Below, piece after piece: positions 48,832-58,800 of a stretch of 64,000 nucleotides of DNA. The notes below the pieces were generated by a model. It had not been told where the DNA came from, did no database searches, and worked only from the letters and a program-made list of their open reading frames with translations. The stretch comes from an uncultured Anaerolineaceae bacterium (GTDB lineage: Bacteria; Chloroflexota; Anaerolineae; Anaerolineales; E44-bin32). The position numbers and the translations under genes are program-made. The stretch lies in NCBI GenBank assembly GCA_964591485.1, contig CAZQDE010000004.1, positions 3,150-67,149 of the forward strand, given 5' to 3'. How positions within the stretch are numbered: position 1 is the first letter of the stretch; the number at the start of each line of letters is the position of its first letter.

Positions 48832-51800
48832 GTGACGGACGGTGCGCAGGCAGACGCCCTCGGATTGGCGAATCCGACCGGCGACCACGCGCCCGTGGGC
48901 GCAGTCATGGTCGTCGGTGGTGGCATTGCCGGCATGCAGGCCAGCCTCGATCTGGCCGACCAGGGCTTTCGCGTCTTCCTGGTTGAGAACAAGTCCGCCA
49001 TCGGCGGCCATATGGCGCAGCTCGATAAGACCTTCCCCACCAACGACTGCGCCATGTGCACCATCAGCCCCAAACTGGTTGAAACCGGGCGGCACCTCAA
49101 CATCGACGTACTGGTGGATCGTGAAGTGCTGCGTGTCGATGGGCAGGCCGGCGATTTCACCGTCACTCTGAGGCGCAAACCGCGCTATATCGACCTGGAG
49201 AAATGCGTCGGCTGCGGGGATTGCGCCGACGTCTGTCCGATCGTCATCCCAGACCCCTTCAACGAGGGGCTATCTCAGCGGCATGCGGCCTTTAAGCTCT
49301 ACCCGCAGGCCGTCCCCAATGCCTACGCCATCGAGAAGCTCGGCATTTCCCCCTGCCGAGACGCCTGCCCTGCCGGCCAGCGCGCCCAGGGTTACATCGC
49401 CCTCATTCGCGAGGGACGATATGAGGACGCGCTGCGTGTTATCAAGGAAGACAATCCCTTCCCCGGCATCTGTGGCCGTATCTGCAACCACCGCTGTGAG
49501 GATGCCTGCAACCGTGGCTTGCTGGATGAGCCCATCAACATCCGCGCCCTCAAGCGATTCGTGACCGACAAAGTCTACGCCAAGCCGCGCGAGCCGCGCC
49601 CGCCGGCAGAGATCACGCAGGAGAAGCGCGTGGCGATCATCGGCGCCGGTCCGTGCGGCCTCACCGCCGCCCAGGACCTGGCCAAGCTGGGCTACCCGGT
49701 GGCCATCTTCGAGGCCCTGCCAGTGGCTGGCGGCATGCTGCGGGTGGGCGTTCCCGAATATCGCCTGCCCGCTGAGATCATCGATCGGGAAGTGGCCGAT
49801 ATCCTCGACCTGGGGATCGAACTCCGTCTGAACACCATGGTCGAGGATTTGGACGAAGTCTTCGATGAAGGCTTCGACGCCGTCTTGATCGCGGTCGGCG
49901 CCCATGAGGGGATTCGTCTGCCAATCCCGGGCGCCGACCTCGACGGCGTGTTGATCAACACCCGCTTCCTGCGCGATGTGCGCCTGGGCAACCCTCCACC
50001 GCTGGGGGAGAAGGTCTTGGTCCTTGGCGGCGGAAACGTGGCTATCGACTGCGCCCGCACCGCAGTCAGGCTGGGTGCGGAGGTCCATCTGGCCTGTCTG
50101 GAATCACGCCAGGGGATGCCCTGCCATCCCTGGGAGGCCGATGCGGCCGAGGAGGAGGGCGTCACCATCCATCCCGACCGCAGCTTCTTGCGCATCGTCG
50201 CCGACGAAAATGGGCGCGCCGCCGGCGTGGAGTGTGCCAAGGTTACCCACTTTGAATTCGACCACGAGGGCCGCCTCTCGGTCGAAACGGAACCCGACTC
50301 CGAGCACATCCTCGAGGCCGACACGGTGATCTTCTCCGTGGGCCAGCGCGCCGGCTTGGCGTTCATCCCGGACGACGCTGGCGTGGGTATCACCCGCCAG
50401 CGAACCATCGCCATCAACCCCAACACCATGGCCGCCACCCGGCCAGGCGTCTTCGCCGCCGGCGATAGCGTTTCGGGGACGGCCTTCGTGATCGAGGCGG
50501 TGGCCTCCGGCCACAAGGCGTCTGAAGCAATCCACCGCTACCTCCAAGGCGAGGATCTCGAATTGCCTCCCAAGCCGGAGTTGCCGGTGGTCAAGTTCAC
50601 CCGCGCCGAACTTCAGCAGCGGGTGCTCGAGGGCGAGCTTAGACCCAAGCCCCGCGTTCCCATGCCAGAGCTTCCGCCGGAGCAACGCCGGGCGAACTTC
50701 GCGGAAGTCGAGCGCGGCTATACCGATGAATTGGCCCAGGAGGAGGCCGCCCGCTGCCTGGCCTGCGCCGTATGCTCTGAGTGCCTCTCCTGCGTGTATG
50801 CCTGCGGCCGGGAGGCCATCGATCACGATATGGTGGCCGTGGAGGAGCAGATCCAGGTGGGAGCCATCGTGCTCGCACCGGGGTATCAGGTCTACCATGC
50901 CGAACTCTCCCAGGAATATGGGCTCGGCCGTTACCCGAATGTGATCACGGCGCTGCAACTGGAGCGCCTGCTTTCGGCCTCCGGGCCCACCGGCGGCCAC
51001 GTCACCCGCCCCTCCGATGGGGAGCCCGCCCGCAAGATTGCCTTCCTGCAATGCGTAGGCTCACGCGACCAGAGCCATGACTACTGCTCGGCTGTCTGCT
51101 GCATGTACGCCGCCAAAGAGGCGGTGATGATCAAGGAGCACGATTCGCAGGCCCAGGTGCATGTCTTCATGATGGACATGCGGGCCTTCAGCAAGGGCTA
51201 TGAAGGTTATTACCGCCGTGCGCGCGAGCAGTACGGCATCGAGTACACTCGCTGCCGCATCTCCTCCCTGCGCGAGGATCCCGAGACTGGGGACCTGGTC
51301 GTCCGCTACCGGCGCGAATCGTCCTCCGGCATCGAGATGTTGGAGGAAACCTTCGACCTGGTGGTTCTTTCGGTGGGTATGGAGATCTCCGACTCGGTCA
51401 AGCAACTCGGCCGCGACCTGGGAATCGAGCTGGACGAATATGGCTTCTGCCATACCGCCTTCTTTGACCCGCTGCAGACCACTCGGCCGGGCATCTACGC
51501 AGCCGGGCCCTTCCGGGAGCCAAAGGACATCCCCGAGACCGTGATCGATGCCAGCGGCGCGGCGGCGCAGGCGGCCGAGTTGCTGGCGGCCTCGCGGTTC
51601 ACGCTCACCCGCAAAGCCGAATTCCCGCCTGAGCGCGACATTCGCGGCGAGCCGCCACGCATCGGCGTCTTCGTCTGCCATTGCGGCTCGAATATCGGTG
51701 GCTATCTGGACGTGCCTGAGGTGGCCGAATACGCCCTCAGCCTGCCGGGTGTGGTCCATGCGGAGGACAATCTCTACACCTGCTCCCAAGACAGCATCGC

Positions 51801-53397
51801 CCATATTACCGAGCAGGTAAAAGAGCTGGGGCTCAACCGGGTCGTCGTGGCCTCTTGCACGCCCATCACGCACGCCCCGCTCTTCCAGGACTCGATTCGC
51901 GCTGCAGGGTTGAATCCGGCCATGTTCGAGATGGCCAACATCCGCAATCAGTGTTCATGGGTGCACTCCAACGACTGGGAGGCCGCCACCCGCAAAGCCA
52001 AGGACCTGGTGCGTATGGCCGTCGCCCGGGCCAGCACGCTGGAGCCGATCCACACAACCTCTGTGCCCGTCGAGGCCCAGGCGCTGGTGGTGGGCGGGGG
52101 CGCAGCTGGAATGACGGCGGCCCTATCCCTGGCACAGAGCGGCTTCGAAGTTCACCTAGTCGAGAAAGAAGCCGAGCTCGGCGGCAACTTGCGCAGGGTC
52201 CGCTACCTTCTTGATGGACAGGATCCCCGCGCTTTTCTGGACGAGACGATTGAACGTGTGCAGGCCGAGTCACGCATTCACCTGCACTTGGGCAGCGAGG
52301 TGCAACAGACCAGCGGCTTCATGGGCCGTTTCACCTCGATCCTGAGGACTCCCCAGGGCGAGGAGCCGATCCGCCACGGTGTGACGATCCTGGCCACCGG
52401 CGCCCAAGAATATCGCGGCGGCGAGTATGGCTATGGGACACACCCGCGAGTGCTCACCGGCCTGGAGTTCGAGAGCATGCTGGCGCATGCTGAGCAGCCG
52501 GATGTGCCGCTGGAGGACCAGGCCAGGGCCGCCTGGGAGGCGATCGGCGGACAATTGCCATCTGAAGTGGCCATGATCCTTTGCGTAGGCCCAGCGGACA
52601 GGTTCTGCAGCCGGATATGCTGCACAACCGCTCTGAAGAACGCCCTCGAACTCAAGCGCCAGCGCCCCGATGCCCGGGTCTTTGTGCTCTTCAAGGATAT
52701 CCGCACCTATGGCTTCAAAGAGCGCCTCTACACCGAGGCCCGCCGGCAGGGTGTCGTCTTCCTGCGCTACGATGACGAAACTCAGCCGGTGGCAGAGTTC
52801 CTGAACGGCCGGCTCAAGCTGGTGGCGCACGACCCGCAACTCGGCCAGGACATCACAATTTCGCCCGACCTACTGGTGCTCAGCAACCCGATCGTGCCCT
52901 CGCCAGATAGCCGGGACCTCGCCAGCACGTTCAAGGTTCCGGTGGACGCCGATGGCTTCTTCCTCGAAGCCCATGTGAAGCTGCGGCCGGTCGACTTCGC
53001 CTCCGACGGCCTCTTCATGGCCGGGATGGCCCACTACCCTAAGATGCTGGATGAGACCCTGGTCCAGGCTCGCGCCGCCGCCGCCCGCGCCGCACGGGTC
53101 CTCTCCCAGCGGGCCCTCACCGCGGGAGGCATCGTCGCCCGGGTGATCGCGGAGAAATGCGTCGGCTGCCTGACCTGCGTACGCGTATGCCCCTTCGATG
53201 TGCCCCAGGTCCAGCCCGATTTTGCTGGTGTGGGCGGGATTCAAGGTGCGGCCTTTATCGAGCCCACGATCTGCCAGGGCTGCGGAAGCTGCGCCGCAGA
53301 ATGTCCAGCCAAGGCCATCGAATTGATTCACTACCGCGACGACCAGATCATGATCAAGCTGGATGCCCTACTCCTAGGAGCGAAGAGTCCGTTATGA
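48832..53397 (+). CDS. hdrA: HdrL-like giant flavo-FeS protein: HdrA-like module with inserted GltD/NfnB-like NAD(P)H oxidoreductase + second full HdrA module
   Basis: 1521 aa. N-terminal FAD motif VMVVGGGIAGMQAS. GltD-like insert at ~49345-50600 (CRDACPAGQRAQGYIALI...NPFPGICGRICNHRCEDAC...IIGAGPCGLTAA...VFAAGD). HdrA signatures LQCVGSRD/CSAVCC, then a second FAD motif LVVGGGAAGMTAA and a C-terminal dicluster ferredoxin. GTG start with GGGAGGGG upstream. Confidence 0.85.
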   Translation: MTDGAQADALGLANPTGDHAPVGAVMVVGGGIAGMQASLDLADQGFRVFLVENKSAIGGHMAQLDKTFPTNDCAMCTISPKLVETGRHLNIDVLVDREVLRVDGQAGDFTVTLRRKPRYIDLEKCVGCGDCADVCPIVIPDPFNEGLSQRHAAFKLYPQAVPNAYAIEKLGISPCRDACPAGQRAQGYIALIREGRYEDALRVIKEDNPFPGICGRICNHRCEDACNRGLLDEPINIRALKRFVTDKVYAKPREPRPPAEITQEKRVAIIGAGPCGLTAAQDLAKLGYPVAIFEALPVAGGMLRVGVPEYRLPAEIIDREVADILDLGIELRLNTMVEDLDEVFDEGFDAVLIAVGAHEGIRLPIPGADLDGVLINTRFLRDVRLGNPPPLGEKVLVLGGGNVAIDCARTAVRLGAEVHLACLESRQGMPCHPWEADAAEEEGVTIHPDRSFLRIVADENGRAAGVECAKVTHFEFDHEGRLSVETEPDSEHILEADTVIFSVGQRAGLAFIPDDAGVGITRQRTIAINPNTMAATRPGVFAAGDSVSGTAFVIEAVASGHKASEAIHRYLQGEDLELPPKPELPVVKFTRAELQQRVLEGELRPKPRVPMPELPPEQRRANFAEVERGYTDELAQEEAARCLACAVCSECLSCVYACGREAIDHDMVAVEEQIQVGAIVLAPGYQVYHAELSQEYGLGRYPNVITALQLERLLSASGPTGGHVTRPSDGEPARKIAFLQCVGSRDQSHDYCSAVCCMYAAKEAVMIKEHDSQAQVHVFMMDMRAFSKGYEGYYRRAREQYGIEYTRCRISSLREDPETGDLVVRYRRESSSGIEMLEETFDLVVLSVGMEISDSVKQLGRDLGIELDEYGFCHTAFFDPLQTTRPGIYAAGPFREPKDIPETVIDASGAAAQAAELLAASRFTLTRKAEFPPERDIRGEPPRIGVFVCHCGSNIGGYLDVPEVAEYALSLPGVVHAEDNLYTCSQDSIAHITEQVKELGLNRVVVASCTPITHAPLFQDSIRAAGLNPAMFEMANIRNQCSWVHSNDWEAATRKAKDLVRMAVARASTLEPIHTTSVPVEAQALVVGGGAAGMTAALSLAQSGFEVHLVEKEAELGGNLRRVRYLLDGQDPRAFLDETIERVQAESRIHLHLGSEVQQTSGFMGRFTSILRTPQGEEPIRHGVTILATGAQEYRGGEYGYGTHPRVLTGLEFESMLAHAEQPDVPLEDQARAAWEAIGGQLPSEVAMILCVGPADRFCSRICCTTALKNALELKRQRPDARVFVLFKDIRTYGFKERLYTEARRQGVVFLRYDDETQPVAEFLNGRLKLVAHDPQLGQDITISPDLLVLSNPIVPSPDSRDLASTFKVPVDADGFFLEAHVKLRPVDFASDGLFMAGMAHYPKMLDETLVQARAAAARAARVLSQRALTAGGIVARVIAEKCVGCLTCVRVCPFDVPQVQPDFAGVGGIQGAAFIEPTICQGCGSCAAECPAKAIELIHYRDDQIMIKLDALLLGAKSPL

Positions 53398-53873
53398 TTG
53401 ATTTCGAGCCCCAAATCGTCGCCTTCTGCTGCACGCATTGCGCCTACAACGCGGCCGATCTCGCCGGGAGCCTGCGCTTTCAGTATCCCCCGGCGATCAA
53501 GATCATCCAGGTGCTTTGCAGCGGCCGGGTGGATGTGATCCACCTGCTGCGGGCCTTCGAAGACGGTGCCGACGGCGTGCTCGTCGCCGGTTGACTGCCC
53601 GGCGACTGTCATTACCTGGAAGGTAATGTCAACGCCAGACGCAGGGTAGACTACACGCGGCAATTGCTTGAGGAAATCGGGCTCGAAGGGCAGCGCTTGC
53701 AGATGATCAACGTGTCGTCCGCCATGGCCGGAGAGTTCGCATTCGCCGCGGCTGAATTAACGGCCGCGATCCAGCAATTGGGGCCCAGCCCGCTGCGGGA
53801 AAATGGGCCGGCGCCGCAACCCGCTGGGGACCGGGAACCGTCCCCGCATGTGGAGCATGATGGCACAGATTGA
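53394..53873 (+). CDS. mvhD: MvhD-like protein with in-frame TGA (putative selenocysteine, codon 67)
   Basis: ORFs 53157-53594 and 53664-53873 share one frame, and the reading frame stays open after the TGA at 53592-53594. GADGVLVAG-TGA-LPGDCHY aligns with GADGVMVAGCLEGDCHF and GADGVMIVACSLGNCHH in the two paralogues. The ATG overlaps the stop of the upstream gene (ATGA). Confidence 0.7.
53601..53636 (+). promoter_or_regulatory. candidate bacterial SECIS hairpin
   Basis: Begins 7 nt after the TGA. Lower stem GGCG/CGCC, upper perfect 7-bp stem CATTACC/GGTAATG, apical loop UGGAA. The first loop G lies 24 nt after the TGA. Confidence 0.5.
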
Positions 53874-55089
53874 GGATCTTACCCGCTTTGATCTATTCAC
53901 CGATCTCCCCGAATCGGCCGTGGAGCGTATTGCGGCGTTGGCCCATCCCGAGGAGTATCCACGCGACGCGTGGATCTTCAACGAGGGGGAAGCCGCCGAG
54001 AAGCTTTACCTGATCTTGCGGGGCAAAGTCTCGCTCGAGAAACGCGTCCAATTAGGCAGGACCGGCACACCTCGCCAGGCCGTTATCAGCATCGTTGGGC
54101 CCTGGCACGCCATTGGCTGGTCAAGCCTAGTGCCCCCGTACGCGTACACCTCATCCGGTCTCTGTCTCGAAGACACGGCTGTCCTTGCCATACAGGGCGA
54201 GGAGCTGCGGGCCTTGATGAGCGCCGAGCCTGAGATCGGCTTCAAGATCTTCCACCGGGTGGCTTCGATCGTACGCGCCCGCATGGTGAGCGCCACCTCC
54301 ACGCTGACCTACTTCCTCTCGATCGTCTCGCACGAACTCAAGCGGCCGCTTGCCGCTGTCGAAAATTATCTGCAAGTCCTGCTGGGAGGCTACGCCGGAA
54401 ATCTGACCCCCAAGCAGCAGCGGCTGCTCGAACGCAGCGTGCTCCGCCTCACTGACTTGCGCCATCTAATCAGCGATCTGCTCGATTTCGCTCGCATCCA
54501 GCCGGATCAGATCCGCGCCGATTTCGAGTGGGTGAACCCGGCGGAGGTGGGCGCCGAGGCGCTTGAAGAGGTGCGGCTGGCGGCCAGCCAGAAGAACATG
54601 CGCCTGAAGGCTATCGGCGCCACAGAATTCCAGCCCCTCGTCGCCGCCCGCCGGCGCCTTCGCCAAGTGATCTCCAACTTGCTGGCCAATGCCATCAAGT
54701 TCTCACCGGAGGGGAGCACGGTCACGCTTGCCGCACACGAGAGGCCGGATTCACTCGTGATCGAGGTGATGGACGAGGGAATTGGGATCCCAGCCGAGGA
54801 TCAACCTCATATCTTCGAAGATTTTTTCCGCGCCAGCAACGCGGCCGAATTCGGGGGGGCCGGACTGGGACTTTCGATCGCCAAGAAGATCATCGATGCC
54901 CATGAAGGACGCATCGAGGTCGAAAGCCCGTACCTGCCGGATAAGAGCGGCACCAAGTTCACCGTCATCATCCCCCGCACGCTCAGTCTGCCCCGCGATC
55001 GCGCCAATCAAGGGTCCGATCTAGAAGCGGCGGCGCCCATCCGCCAGCAGGGGGAGGCTGGCGCTCAGGGCGCACCAGGGGATGCATGA
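53860..55089 (+). CDS. cyclic-nucleotide-binding-domain sensor histidine kinase
   Basis: CAP_ED-like N-terminus (FDLFTDLPESAV...IFNEGEAAEKLYLILRGKV), H-box SIVSHELKRPL, and HATPase_c (NLLANAIKF...DEGIGIP...GGAGLGLSIAKKI). The start is ambiguous (53848, 53857 or 53860) and overlaps the mvhD end. Confidence 0.8.
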   Translation: MAQIEDLTRFDLFTDLPESAVERIAALAHPEEYPRDAWIFNEGEAAEKLYLILRGKVSLEKRVQLGRTGTPRQAVISIVGPWHAIGWSSLVPPYAYTSSGLCLEDTAVLAIQGEELRALMSAEPEIGFKIFHRVASIVRARMVSATSTLTYFLSIVSHELKRPLAAVENYLQVLLGGYAGNLTPKQQRLLERSVLRLTDLRHLISDLLDFARIQPDQIRADFEWVNPAEVGAEALEEVRLAASQKNMRLKAIGATEFQPLVAARRRLRQVISNLLANAIKFSPEGSTVTLAAHERPDSLVIEVMDEGIGIPAEDQPHIFEDFFRASNAAEFGGAGLGLSIAKKIIDAHEGRIEVESPYLPDKSGTKFTVIIPRTLSLPRDRANQGSDLEAAAPIRQQGEAGAQGAPGDA

Positions 55090-55090
55090 G

Positions 55091-55864
55091 ATGAGCGAGA
55101 AGCCTTATATCCTGATCGCCGACGACGATCCCGATATCCTGGAAGGGATCACTGCGGTTCTCGAAAGCAAGCCCTACCGGCTGGCCACGGCCAAGGATGG
55201 ACTGGAATGCATGCAGCGCATCCGCGAGGAAACGCCGGACCTGCTGATCCTGGACATGATGATGCCACGCATGGATGGCTTCGCCGTAATCCTGGAACTG
55301 CGTTCTGACCCGCAGTACGCCGGACTGCCGGTCATCATCCTTACCACCGTCGTGGAGGATGCCGCCTACCGCCGTTACGAACTTGAGACCGGCGCCGCCA
55401 TGGAGGCACAGGCCTACATCGAGAAGCCGGCCTCTCCAGAAGAGCTGCTCCGCCATGTGAGCGCCATCGTCGAACAGCCTTATATCATTGTGGCGGATGA
55501 TGATCCGGACGTTCTCGAGGCTGTGCGCACCATCCTCGAGAGCCAGCCGTACCAGGTGGCAACCGCCAGGGATGGCGAGAAATGCCTCGAGATGGTCCGC
55601 AAGCGCAAGCCCGATCTGCTGCTGCTCGACCTGCTCATGCCACGCATGGATGGCTTCGCCGTCATCCGGGAGCTGCGCAGCGAACCAGCCTACGCCGACC
55701 TTCCCATCCTGGTGCTCACCACAGTGGTCGAGGATGCCAGCCGGCGACGCTACGAACTCGAGACGGGGCGGGATATGGCCGTCCACGCCTATTTACAGAA
55801 ACCGGTCGCGCCCGATCAGTTGCTCACCCGCGTGGCCGAGGCGCTCAAGAAGGTGACGGCATGA
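55091..55864 (+). CDS. stand-alone tandem receiver (REC-REC) response regulator
   Basis: Two clearly paralogous REC domains (ILIADDDPD...DLLILDMMMPRMDGFAV and IIVADDDPD...DLLLLDLLMPRMDGFAV). There is no output domain, and the stop overlaps the next ATG (ATGA). Confidence 0.85.
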   Translation: MSEKPYILIADDDPDILEGITAVLESKPYRLATAKDGLECMQRIREETPDLLILDMMMPRMDGFAVILELRSDPQYAGLPVIILTTVVEDAAYRRYELETGAAMEAQAYIEKPASPEELLRHVSAIVEQPYIIVADDDPDVLEAVRTILESQPYQVATARDGEKCLEMVRKRKPDLLLLDLLMPRMDGFAVIRELRSEPAYADLPILVLTTVVEDASRRRYELETGRDMAVHAYLQKPVAPDQLLTRVAEALKKVTA

Positions 55865-58800
55865 GCGAGTCCCGGAATCCCCGCCAGCCGACCGGAGCCG
55901 TGCTGGTGGTTGGCGGCGGCATCGCCGGCATGCAGGCCAGCCTTGATCTGGCCGAGCAGGGATTCCGCGTCCACCTTGTCGAGAGCAAATCTGCCATTGG
56001 CGGACACATGGCCCAGCTCGATAAGACCTTCCCGACCAACGATTGTGCCATGTGCATCATGAGCCCCAAGTTGGTCGAGACCGGCCGGCACTTGAATATC
56101 GACCTTTATGTCGACAGCGAAGTGGTCAGCCTCGAGGGCGAGGTCGGCCGGTTCGTGGCCAAGCTGCACCGCAAGCCCCGCTATGTGGATCTCGAGCGCT
56201 GTGTGGGTTGCGGCGATTGTGAGGCGGTTTGCCCGGTCAGCCTGCCTGACATCTACAACGAGCAACTCACCGCCCGCAAGGCAATCTACAAGCTCTACCC
56301 CCAGGCCGTTCCCAACGCCTACGCCATCGAAAAGCTCGGTGTTGCCCCTTGCCGTCACGCATGCCCGGCCGATCAGCGCGCCCAAGGGTACATCGCCCTG
56401 ATCGCGCAGGGGCGCTACCGGGAGGCTTTCCGCGTCATCAAGGAAGACAACCCCTTCCCGAGCGTCTGCGGCCGCACGTGCCACCACCCCTGCGAGGGGC
56501 ACTGCACCCGGGCGCTCATCGATGAAGCGGTGAGCATCATGGCCCTAAAGCGCTTCGTGGTCGACTATGCACTGGCCTATGGTCGCGAGCGGGTCGAGCC
56601 CGCGGCGCGCACCCGCCCCGAGTGGGTAGCCGTTGTCGGCGCCGGCCCGGCCGGCCTCACTGCCGCGCACGACCTCGCCAAACTGGGTTATGGCGTCACC
56701 GTCTATGAAGCCCTGCCCGTCGCCGGCGGGATGATGCGGGTGGGCATCCCCGCCCACCGGCTGCCCAAGGGCGTTCTCCAGCAAGACATCGATGACATCC
56801 TGGCTTTGGGCATCAACCTGAAGACCAACTCGCCGGTCGACGACCCCGCCGCCCTGCTCAAGGAGGGATATGATGCCGTCTGCCTGGCGACGGGAATCTC
56901 GACCCGCGACCGCTCGCTGGGCGTGGATGGCGAGCAAGCGGAGGGGGTGATGTCGGCGGCCACCTTCCTGCGCAAGGTCAATCTTGGCGAGCCTGTGACC
57001 GTGGGGGAGCGCGTGGCGGTCGTGGGTGGTGGGATTACCGCGCTGGACGCCGCCGCCGTGGCCCGCCGTCTCGGCGCCCGCGAAGTCCATCTGGCGCTCG
57101 ACCGCCCGCGCGGCGAGTTGCCCGCCTACCACTGGGAGATGGCCGCCGTCGAAGCCGAGGGCATCCACCTGTTCGAGCACACCACTCTCACCCGCATCCT
57201 CACCCAGGAGGGCCGTGTGGCCGGTGTGGAATTGGCCAGGACCGGCAAGGGCATGACCGTAGATGAAAAGGGGCGCCGCAGGCCCCGCGTGCTTCCAGAG
57301 ACGATCTTCACCCTGGCGGTCGACACGGTCATCGGCACCATCGGCCAGCAATCGGATCTGAGCTTCCTCGATCCCCGCTTCGATGAACTCGAGGCCGATC
57401 AAGACACCCTGGCGAGCGAGATTCCGGGCCTATTTGTCGTGGGCGGACGAAAGACCGGCGCCAGCTATATCGTGGAGGCCATCGCCCTAGGACACCGTGT
57501 GGCGCGCTCGATCCACGCTTACCTGCAAGGTGAAAGCCCCGGCGCAATCGAAGAGCCTCGGCCGAGCCCGGTGAAGCTGGACCGTGAGCAGGCGACGCGC
57601 CTGTACGCGCTCGATCCAGCCAGGGCCTTGCCGCGGCAGGAACCCGCTCTGCTGCCCATTGAGGAGCGAGTGACCAGTTTCCGCGAAGTGGTTCTCGGCC
57701 TGACCGAGCGGCAGGCCCGCGCCGAAGCCCAGCGTTGCCTCCAATGTGGCCTTTGCGCGGAATGTCTGGAGTGTGTGTATGCCTGCGGCACCGATGCCAT
57801 CGATCACAACATGCAGCCGCAGGAAATCGAGCTCGAAGTCGGCGCGGTCATCCTCGCCCCGGGGTATGAGGCCTACCGGGCAGAGCTCTCGCAGGAGTAC
57901 GGCTTTGGCCGCTACCCCAACGTCATCACCTCGCTGCAACTGGAGCGGCTGCTCTCGGCCTCCGGCCCCACCGAAGGCCACGTCCTGCGGCCCTCGGATG
58001 GACGCCCCGCCCGCAAGGTGGCATTCCTGCAGTGCGTGGGCTCGCGCGACCAGGAGCATGACTACTGCTCCGCTGTCTGCTGCATGTACGCCGCCAAAGA
58101 GGCCATCCTCATCCGTGAACATGACCCTCAAGCAGAGGTGCGCATCTTTATGATGGACGTGCGCGCCTTCAGCAAGGGCTACGAAGAGTATTACCGGCGA
58201 GCCCAAGAGCAATACGGCATCCAGTTCACCCGCTGCCGCGTCTCCGAGATCAAAGAAGATCCGCAGACCCACGAGCTCATCCTGCGCCATGCCGGGCCGG
58301 CCCTTGAGGGTCCCGGTGCCCGTTCCGCCGCAGAGCGCATGTCCGAAGAACGCTTCGACCTCGTGGTGCTGGCCGTGGGCATGGAGATCTCCCCGAAAGT
58401 CCAGGAGCTCGGCCGGCGGCTCGGCGTGGAACTCGACCGCTATGGCTTCTGCGCCACCACCACCTTCCAGCCGATCGAGACTTCCCGCCCAGGCATCTAC
58501 GCCGTGGGACCCTTCCGCGAGCCCAAGGACATCCCCGAGTCCGTGATCGACGCCTCCGCCGCCGCGGCGATGGCCGGGGGCCACCTGGCGGCCGCACGGG
58601 GACTGCTGACCCGGGAACCGAGTTACCCGCCAGAAAAGGATGTTACCGGTGAATCCCCCCGGGCGGGCATCTTCGTCTGCCACTGCGGATCGAACATCGC
58701 CGGCTACCTGGACGTGCAGGCGCTTACCGCCTACGCCGCCAGCTTACCGAACGTGGTTCACGCCGAGGACTTGCTATACGCATGTTCTCAGGATAGCACC

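Noticed and set aside
49270-51873. Three consecutive long minus-strand ORFs (272, 315 and 270 aa)
   Set aside because: All are antisense to the strongly supported HdrL-like gene. The same applies to 55816-58683 opposite the second HdrL gene and 31317-34355 opposite hdrA.
55582-55860. 93-codon N-terminal extension of the 1614-aa track ORF
   Set aside because: It lies over the REC-REC gene in another frame and is Arg/Pro/Ala-rich with no homology to the paralogue. The ATG at 55861 gives a product collinear with, and equal in length to, 48832-53397.
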